DNA of 55,737 nucleotides from an uncultured Muribaculaceae bacterium (GTDB lineage Bacteria; Bacillota_I; Bacilli_A; RF39; UBA660): NCBI GenBank assembly GCA_964458035.1, contig CAYWFZ010000005.1, positions 1 to 55,737 of the forward strand, read 5' to 3'. Shown piece by piece: positions 48,788 to 55,737 of this stretch (position 1 is its first letter; each line of letters starts with the position of its first letter). The notes under the pieces were generated by a model. It saw only the letters and a program-made list of their open reading frames with translations, ran no database searches and was not told where the DNA came from. The position numbers and the translations under genes were made by a program.

Positions 48788-50434
48788 TTATATTCTTTTT
48801 ATTATTTTTTTCCTAACAAAGCTATATAATAATATACTTATTCCTATTAAAATTGTTATTAGTATATTATGGTTAACTATTCCTGTCTTTGGGTTTTCTT
48901 TTAAAATTGGAACAAATTCCGCTTCAATAATTACATTGTCATCTATCATTGTAAAACTTAAGTTTTCTTTGTCAATTTTATTTCCTCTACTATCATAGAT
49001 AACTAATGATTTTAATTGATAGCCATCTGGACAATCTACTAAATATGTAACTAATGCTCCAGCGTCTGCCGTATCTGGCACAACTATATTACCTTTGCCT
49101 TTAATTTTAACCGTTATGGTTCTATTTGGTACTTCTTCATGTAATGTATATACCTCATTATGGTAACTTGTGGTAGACGGAGTGAATAAACCATATTCTA
49201 AATCATGCACCATAGTCGCTGCTTCACTTACTCTTAAAACCGAGAATCCACTAGTAGTTTCGAGAATATTTGCATATCTCTCATCATAAATGCAACTACC
49301 ATAATTCATTTCATATCCTTTGGTATTTTTTTCTGTTTTTTGGACAAGTTCACCATCTGTATCATAAACTCTTAATCTAGTTTTTGAACAGTCAATTGAG
49401 TCAGATATTACAATATAATTATGAACAAATTTTACAGAAAATGCTAAAGTATAATAATCTATTGTTATATTATCAAGTTTCTTTATTTTTCCATCTCTTG
49501 TTAATAAGATTAAGCCTGTATTTCCTTCCATACCATTAAAGTTTTGATAGTCTGCAAATAAAGCATAGTTTTCATTAGCATCTAAGAAGTATTGGAATAA
49601 TTCGTAGTTTTCTAAAGTTCCCGTTCGAGCTAAAGAAAGATCTCTTGAAGAATAAGCACGAAAGTAGCATTCAATTATCCATTTTTTATCTGGAAATATC
49701 TTACCATATTGCTCAGTTATATACTTAACATGTTCTTCTTCGTTTTCAAAATCTTCAGAATTACCGTAAACATTAAAATCTCTAATGTGTTCCAAATCTA
49801 AATCCAAAATATTATATGTATCGTCATATGTAGAAGGCGAATTTACATATACATAATTCCCAGTTACATTGACTAGTCTTGCACCTGCTACTTTTCTTGC
49901 AATATTAAAGTCTTCATCTATTTTAATAGTAAGAGTTATACCATTATAACTTTCTTTTTCCGAATAAATGGCTGTACAATAAATATCTTTTTCATGAATA
50001 ACAATAGGCTTTATAAGAAAATACTCAAATGATGGGAGAGTTGATTCTTTTTGGCTCATTGTATCACTTATAATGTAATAATTTTCTAACAACTTTGTTT
50101 TTATTATTTTTCCGTCTTTGTCATAGTAAGTAATGTTTGTTCCTTTTTTATTTCCTGCCGATACGATATCTACTCCTAAGTATCCATCACGATAAGAAAT
50201 AACATTACTAAAACTTGGAATTGCATATTCTATTTCTGGTGTTTGAATAGCTGTTGGCAATCCTGTAGTTTGTCTATAATAGCGATCAAAATATTCCGAA
50301 TCAATTTTACTTGCTTGTATAGATGTTGTTTCAAATTTATAGTTAAAAGGACTTTCGGCATTTACTATACTTGCAAACATAAAAATACTTAATAATCCAA
50401 TTACACTCAATTTTATATATCGCATATTTCTCAC
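48788..50434 (-). CDS. Cell-surface protein with sortase-type NPKTG anchor
   Basis: Signal peptide (VNA/E), C-terminal Ig-like repeat (GYQLKSL...FTMIDDNV.I.AEF), NPKTG, TM and basic tail. Confidence 0.8.
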   Translation of the reverse strand: MRNMRYIKLSVIGLLSIFMFASIVNAESPFNYKFETTSIQASKIDSEYFDRYYRQTTGLPTAIQTPEIEYAIPSFSNVISYRDGYLGVDIVSAGNKKGTNITYYDKDGKIIKTKLLENYYIISDTMSQKESTLPSFEYFLIKPIVIHEKDIYCTAIYSEKESYNGITLTIKIDEDFNIARKVAGARLVNVTGNYVYVNSPSTYDDTYNILDLDLEHIRDFNVYGNSEDFENEEEHVKYITEQYGKIFPDKKWIIECYFRAYSSRDLSLARTGTLENYELFQYFLDANENYALFADYQNFNGMEGNTGLILLTRDGKIKKLDNITIDYYTLAFSVKFVHNYIVISDSIDCSKTRLRVYDTDGELVQKTEKNTKGYEMNYGSCIYDERYANILETTSGFSVLRVSEAATMVHDLEYGLFTPSTTSYHNEVYTLHEEVPNRTITVKIKGKGNIVVPDTADAGALVTYLVDCPDGYQLKSLVIYDSRGNKIDKENLSFTMIDDNVIIEAEFVPILKENPKTGIVNHNILITILIGISILLYSFVRKKIIKRI

Positions 50435-50535
50435 TACTTTCTATCATTATCGTATCATAGTAAACTCGTAGATGTTTAATTTTAATTAATAATTTTTTGT
50501 AAATTTGACATATAAAAAGCACATATTAAAATGCG

Positions 50536-51444
50536 CTATTTACAATAATTATGATTATTTTTATATTCTTCTAAAGATTCTGAATGAATACTTTCTAGAG
50601 GATAAAATTCATGATTACCCTTATACATAAGTGAGTAATGTACTAAAACGGGTTTATTTGTTTCGATGGATGATGCAAATAAGTCATCTTCATTACATAT
50701 TGATACGGGATTTGCCTGATTTATTTGATTATTGGGAATAAGCTTATCTTCTAATACATTTGTCGCAACAATTGTTATAGCATTTGTATTATAAACTACT
50801 GAGTCATTATTATCAGAGATAACCAAACCATTTATATCACCAATATGATACATATTAAGCACTATATTGCCTTGGGTGTCTACAACAAATAGTTCAGTAC
50901 TTCTATTGCTATTAGACTTTGCAGTAAAAATCAATAAATCATCTATTAGACCTACATTAGAATAGAAATATTCTTTTTTAGTAATCTCTTTATTATTTAT
51001 AAGAATCGCATTATTTACTTTACTTATTGTAAAACTTCCAGCATGATAAGGAGACCCATCTTCTATAAATATTCCATCAGATAAATTTGTACTTTCAAAG
51101 AAATAATTATCTATATTAGGATTAGTCGTAGTCGTTGTTATATCATTATAAGAAATATCTCTAGACTTAGATGAAGCTGGAATAAGTAAGTATATTGAAG
51201 ATGCAATAATTCCTATAACAAAAACAACAATTAAAGATTTAATAAGCGTATATTCGTCAATTTTCTTTTTTGGCTTTTTTTCCTTTTTATATTCTTTTTT
51301 AGGAGGTATTGCGCTTATACTTTGTTTTACTTGTTCATTTATCTCTGTTTTTTTATCGTTAGTCTCATTTATAGTAGACTGTTCAACTTTAATAGGAGTC
51401 GCGATACGATTAATTTGCTTAAATCTTTTATCTTCGTTATTCAT
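50536..51444 (-). CDS. Hypothetical single-pass membrane protein
   Basis: Basic cytoplasmic N-terminus, one TM, Thr linker, Asn-rich extracellular part. Confidence 0.78.
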   Translation of the reverse strand: MNNEDKRFKQINRIATPIKVEQSTINETNDKKTEINEQVKQSISAIPPKKEYKKEKKPKKKIDEYTLIKSLIVVFVIGIIASSIYLLIPASSKSRDISYNDITTTTTNPNIDNYFFESTNLSDGIFIEDGSPYHAGSFTISKVNNAILINNKEITKKEYFYSNVGLIDDLLIFTAKSNSNRSTELFVVDTQGNIVLNMYHIGDINGLVISDNNDSVVYNTNAITIVATNVLEDKLIPNNQINQANPVSICNEDDLFASSIETNKPVLVHYSLMYKGNHEFYPLESIHSESLEEYKNNHNYCK

Positions 51445-51489
51445 ATTCACCCTTCTATTCTAGAATTATTATATCAATAATTTATCTAG

Positions 51490-53376
51490 TTATAAACAGG
51501 AATGTTTAACTATATGTAAATTGTCTTGTGAATTAATATTATTTAGAAAACTTGATTTAAAAGGTTTAAAGTAGATAGCATCATCTTTTTCCGTATATTT
51601 TTCATTATAGCCAATTTTAGAAGTTACTTCATTATTTGTTTTTAATATAAGAGTGAAATTAAAGTTTATTTTATTATTATATTTATCTATTAAATAGCCT
51701 TTATCTATTATAGAATCAAAAAGTTCTAGGACATTAGAGGATGCATATTCGATATTTTTCAAAAGTATTAAAGAATATGGGTTATATTTAACTTTGTCAA
51801 GTATTGTTTGAGATTCAAACCCTACATATCCTGGATCCGATCCAATTAAACGATTTATTGAAGTGGAACTTCTAAACTCTTTCATATCAAGTTCAATTAA
51901 GTTATAATCTAGAGCGTCAGCAATTACATGAGCAGTATAAGTTTTACCTGATGATGCTGGTCCTTTTATTTCTATACCAACTATTTCATTATTAACACAC
52001 TTATTCTTTAGTTTTTCTTTTAGTTTAGTTAAATCTTGACCCTTGACTAATTCATCTAAACGTCTACTAACTAATTCATAGCTATGTTTATTTAGAATTT
52101 TTACATTTGCTAGATTTTCAATAACATCTAAAATATCTTCATCTTTTATGGTTATATCCTTGTTAGCCCTTATCTTTAAGGCGTTTTTATAATCTTTATT
52201 TTTTAAAAATTCATTGAATGTATAAATATCATTCCTATTTTCTTTTAATAGTTTTACATGTGATAGAAGGCAATCTAAAACTTCCAGTGATTTATCAGGA
52301 TTTTTATTATTGCTTATATACTTAGTGGATAATTCAGCAATTTTCTTTAATTTGCTATCATCTATTTTTATTTTATGGAACTCTTCATAAGATTTTTTTA
52401 CACCAAGTAGTATTTTATAAGTTTCTTCTTCATTGGGTTCACTTATATGAATTCGAGCAAATCTTCTAGAAAGCGCAGCATCTTCACTTATAAATGTGTC
52501 ATATTCACGATTGGTAGTTGCTCCAATTAATTTAATTTTGTCACTGGCAAGGTATGGCTTTAATATATTTGCAGCATCACATGAACCTTCTCCTCCCCCA
52601 GTTCTTACAATAGTATGTATTTCATCTATAAAAAGAATAATATTTTCTTTAGAAATAGCTTCTTTTATAAGATTATTAATCTTTGTTTCAAATTCGCCAC
52701 GATATTTTGTATTAGATAGCATACTTGCCATATCAAGCATATATACTACTTTATTTTTTAAAGATTCAGGTACATGACCTTCTTTTATTCTTCTTACAAG
52801 TTCATATACTAAAGCTGTCTTACCAACTCCAGCTTCTCCAACGAGAATAGGATTATTTTTATTTTTTCTTAAGAGTATTTCCAGCATGCTATTAAGTTCT
52901 TTTTCTCTTCCAATTAATGGATACGTGATTTCCATTTCCATCATGTTAACTCCTATTTCATCAAGAAAGGTGTGAGTATTTGTAACTTCAGCATACAAGG
53001 AATCTATATCTATATTTAATTCCATCATTATTCTTATCGCGATTCCATCATCACTTGATATAAGTTCCTTAAGTAAAGTTAATTCATTGGCACATCCGTT
53101 TTCCTTAGAAGTGGCCTTTTTTATAATAAGTTTTAATAAAGGAGTATAAAGAATATATGTACTTTTTATATTAGACATACCTATTATTTCAACTAGGGCA
53201 TTTTTAAATTTTTCATAAGTTAGATTATATTTATTTAATATCTTTTTGCTAGTATCAAATTTAAGTAAACTTAAAAGTAAATGTTCACTTCCTACGTAAG
53301 GATGATTAAGATCTAACATCTCTTGTTCTGCAAATTCTAGTACTCTTTTAACACATTCATTTATATTATTATTCAT
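51490..53376 (-). CDS. Clp/Hsp100 ATPase, ClpC-like, shortened, with degenerate second AAA+ module
   Basis: Clp-N (HPYVGSEHLLL), KNNPILVGEAGVGKT, LFIDEIH, GATT; D2 GPASSGKT and LIGSDPGYVG but Walker B reads ILLKNIE. Confidence 0.85.
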   Translation of the reverse strand: MNNNINECVKRVLEFAEQEMLDLNHPYVGSEHLLLSLLKFDTSKKILNKYNLTYEKFKNALVEIIGMSNIKSTYILYTPLLKLIIKKATSKENGCANELTLLKELISSDDGIAIRIMMELNIDIDSLYAEVTNTHTFLDEIGVNMMEMEITYPLIGREKELNSMLEILLRKNKNNPILVGEAGVGKTALVYELVRRIKEGHVPESLKNKVVYMLDMASMLSNTKYRGEFETKINNLIKEAISKENIILFIDEIHTIVRTGGGEGSCDAANILKPYLASDKIKLIGATTNREYDTFISEDAALSRRFARIHISEPNEEETYKILLGVKKSYEEFHKIKIDDSKLKKIAELSTKYISNNKNPDKSLEVLDCLLSHVKLLKENRNDIYTFNEFLKNKDYKNALKIRANKDITIKDEDILDVIENLANVKILNKHSYELVSRRLDELVKGQDLTKLKEKLKNKCVNNEIVGIEIKGPASSGKTYTAHVIADALDYNLIELDMKEFRSSTSINRLIGSDPGYVGFESQTILDKVKYNPYSLILLKNIEYASSNVLELFDSIIDKGYLIDKYNNKINFNFTLILKTNNEVTSKIGYNEKYTEKDDAIYFKPFKSSFLNNINSQDNLHIVKHSCL

Positions 53377-53420
53377 AAAAAAATCCTCCTATAAATATAT
53401 ATGAGGATTTTTGCTACTTA

Positions 53421-54158
53421 TTATGCATATTTTGCATTTAATTTTAATCTATCTGCTAAAGTAACAATAAATTCTGAATTAGTTGGTTTACTACGATCAA
53501 AATCAATAGAGTTTCCAAATATCTCTTCCATAAGATTGTAGTCACCTCTAACCCATGAAACTTCAATCGCATGTCTTATTGCTCTTTCTACTCTTGATGA
53601 TGTTGTGTCATAAGTTGATGCAATACTTGGATACAATTCCTTAGTAATTGAACCAACTAATGATGAATCACGATAAAGCATCTCTACACCATCACGAATA
53701 TAAGAATAACCTTTTATATGAGATGGTATACCTAAACTATGTAAAAGATTAGTTATTTCAATCTTTATGTCTAAATTTTCTTCTGTCTTTATATTAGTAC
53801 GTCTTTTATAAAGCGCTACTATAATGTCTTCAAGTGTACTAACATCAAATGGTTTTTTAATAAAATAATTGATAGAATATTTACTTATGCTATCCATCAT
53901 ATCTGCTGATATGAACTCGCTTGTCGCGATAATTATTTTATCCTCATATTCACTTCTTATCTTTTTAAGAAGTGAGTAAGAATCCATTCCATTAAGTAAC
54001 ATATTTATAATTATACAATCCGATTCTTTTATAAAGTGCTCTGCCTCTTCTTTTGAGCTTGCACATCTTACTTCAATACTACTAGAACTTCCAGAATACT
54101 TCGCAACTTCTTTTGTGTGATTAGAATCTCCATCTATCACTAATGTTTTTATTGCCAT
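53421..54158 (-). CDS. spo0A: Sporulation master regulator Spo0A (atypical receiver domain)
   Basis: LGIPSHIKGY.Y.R, ITKELYPSIA, TTSSRVERAIRHAIEV.W.RG, KPTNSEFI. Confidence 0.95.
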   Translation of the reverse strand: MAIKTLVIDGDSNHTKEVAKYSGSSSSIEVRCASSKEEAEHFIKESDCIIINMLLNGMDSYSLLKKIRSEYEDKIIIATSEFISADMMDSISKYSINYFIKKPFDVSTLEDIIVALYKRRTNIKTEENLDIKIEITNLLHSLGIPSHIKGYSYIRDGVEMLYRDSSLVGSITKELYPSIASTYDTTSSRVERAIRHAIEVSWVRGDYNLMEEIFGNSIDFDRSKPTNSEFIVTLADRLKLNAKYA

Positions 54159-54236
54159 AATATCTCCCTTTTTTCTAATATTTCTTGACTGCTAAAAACA
54201 TTATAGTATAAAGTTTTACAAATAGAAATAGCAAGT

Positions 54237-54296
54237 TTTGTCGAACTGTGTAAATATTTGTAAAGAGCAAGACAATTCAGTGTATAATTCGACAAA
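54237..54296. promoter_or_regulatory. Two Spo0A boxes upstream of spo0A
   Basis: TTTGTCGAA (54237-54245) and TTCGACAAA (54288-54296), consistent with known spo0A autoregulation. Confidence 0.8.
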
Positions 54297-54303
54297 GTAT
54301 ACT

Positions 54304-55503
54304 TTATTTTGACAAAACATCAATTGCTTTTTGTAATTGTGCGTCGTTTTCATCACTTGGATTAAGAGCATATTCTTTAGTTAATTTTACTTCTATATCC
54401 GGTTTATATCCAATTTCATTTACGTAGTTACCTTTAGGTGTAAACCATTTAGCTGTTGTATATTTAATCATTGTCTTATCACTTAAATAATTAGTTTGCT
54501 GAACTAATCCTTTACCAAAAGTAGTTGTTCCAATAAGGATTGCTCCATAACTTTCTTTTAAGCTAGTTGCAAGTATTTCTGATGCGGAAGCTGATGCTCT
54601 ATCGACAAGAACTGCCATATTATATGTACGCATCTCTTTTGATGTATCATAAATAACTTTATTACCACCTTTATTTTCGATAGAGTAAAGTTTTTCTCCT
54701 TCTTTTATAAACATATTTAAAATAGCATCAGCTGAATCTAGGTATCCTCCGGTATTACTTCTGACATCTATTATTAAAGCATCAATTCCGTTACTTTCTA
54801 AACTTTCTAAAGACTTTCTTACTTGACTTGCTGTAGTCTTTGAAAATGTTGATAAATAGATATGTCCGATTTTTTTATTGTTCTTCTCATGAATCTTTGA
54901 TTCAATTGAAGGATACTCAATAGTTTTAACATCAATTGAAATATTTACGTCTTCATTATTTCTTAAGACAACCAAATCAACGTGATCTTTATCTTTTATC
55001 ATATTAGATATTTCTTCTAATGAATCTGTATCTACTACTTCATGATCGTTTACTTTTTTTATAATGTCTCCCGCTTCTAAGCCAGCTTCTTTGGCAGGAG
55101 TTCCTTCATAAACATTTACGATTTTAATTAGTTTATCAATCTTTTGAACAGAAATTCCAACTCCATGATACTTACCATCTAGTTTTTCAGATAAATTAGA
55201 TGTATCACTTTCGTCCATATGAACTGTATAATCTTCATCTAAAGAAGACATCATGCCGTTTATAGCATCATCTGCAAGTTTTGTCTTATCAACTTCGCCA
55301 TAAAAGTCCTCATTTATTTTGTTATACGTTGATACGATATCAAGTAAGTTCTTATCTAAAATTAAATTCCTGTTGTTTTTAAAATAAAAGAATAAACCCG
55401 TAATGATTCCCGTAAGGGATGAAAAGGCTAAAGCAATTATTATTACCTCAGCTAAATTAAAATTATTTTTTTCAAATTTACTTTTTCTCTTGTTGTTTTT
55501 CAT
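54304..55503 (-). CDS. S41 family carboxy-terminal processing protease (PDZ; CtpA/CtpB-like)
   Basis: GVGI..GTPAKEAGLEAGD PDZ, DVRSNTGG, SASASE, TFGKGLVQ; ATG 55503 after SD AAGGAG. Confidence 0.93.
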   Translation of the reverse strand: MKNNKRKSKFEKNNFNLAEVIIIALAFSSLTGIITGLFFYFKNNRNLILDKNLLDIVSTYNKINEDFYGEVDKTKLADDAINGMMSSLDEDYTVHMDESDTSNLSEKLDGKYHGVGISVQKIDKLIKIVNVYEGTPAKEAGLEAGDIIKKVNDHEVVDTDSLEEISNMIKDKDHVDLVVLRNNEDVNISIDVKTIEYPSIESKIHEKNNKKIGHIYLSTFSKTTASQVRKSLESLESNGIDALIIDVRSNTGGYLDSADAILNMFIKEGEKLYSIENKGGNKVIYDTSKEMRTYNMAVLVDRASASASEILATSLKESYGAILIGTTTFGKGLVQQTNYLSDKTMIKYTTAKWFTPKGNYVNEIGYKPDIEVKLTKEYALNPSDENDAQLQKAIDVLSK

Positions 55504-55556
55504 GTTGATTCTCCTTGTATACATTATAACACAAAAAATAGAATACATTAAGTATT

Positions 55557-55737
55557 CTATTTTGCTCTTAGTTTTTCGACAATAGTATTTGTATCACTTA
55601 TATACTCAGAAACTTTTTTATCTTTTATAACAAGTAGTCTTGGACCACCTACTACTACTTCACTAGCATTAGTTGGTTTTTCGTTTTCATTTTCGCTTGT
55701 TTCTTTAAAATGACTAGCATTCATTTTATTAGCTTTA
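55557..55737 (-). CDS. 3' end of a hypothetical protein (runs off window end)
   Basis: Open frame ...GPRLLVIKDKKVSEYISDTNTIVEKLRAK* followed by hairpin terminator at 55533-55563. Confidence 0.65.
   Translation of the reverse strand, partial: KANKMNASHFKETSENENEKPTNASEVVVGGPRLLVIKDKKVSEYISDTNTIVEKLRAK

Overview
This is a very AT-rich chromosomal window from a Gram-positive (Bacillota) bacterium; the compact genes and gene style suggest a reduced-genome Bacilli lineage, but that is inference. Most genes lie on the minus strand. Housekeeping genes include lysS (partial), valS with a Val T-box, cysS, and the rlmN-prpC-prkC-rsgA-rpe cluster. Sporulation-related genes include spo0A, a gerA-family A-C-B operon, an S41 protease and a truncated Clp ATPase. 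Four observations stand out. (1) Two homologous intergenic cassettes (about 7.2-7.55 kb and 44.5-44.9 kb), missed by the ORF track, look like a type I toxin-antitoxin family. Each has a 23-24 aa hydrophobic peptide, an antisense sRNA, a covarying anti-SD/3'-tail RNA switch and an upstream Spo0A box. (2) A candidate SipW-dependent fibre system comprises a small pilin-like subunit, a multi-TM SipW fusion and a DUF5305-like gene. The subunit's N-terminal domain also caps three giant tandem beta-helix-like proteins and a glycine-rich protein. (3) Spo0A has Asn at the phospho-acceptor Asp position. (4) A 10-codon Cys-Cys leader ORF precedes cysS, with no T-box present. No CRISPR array, rRNA, tRNA or transposase was recognised. 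All calls were made by eye, without database searches or folding software.
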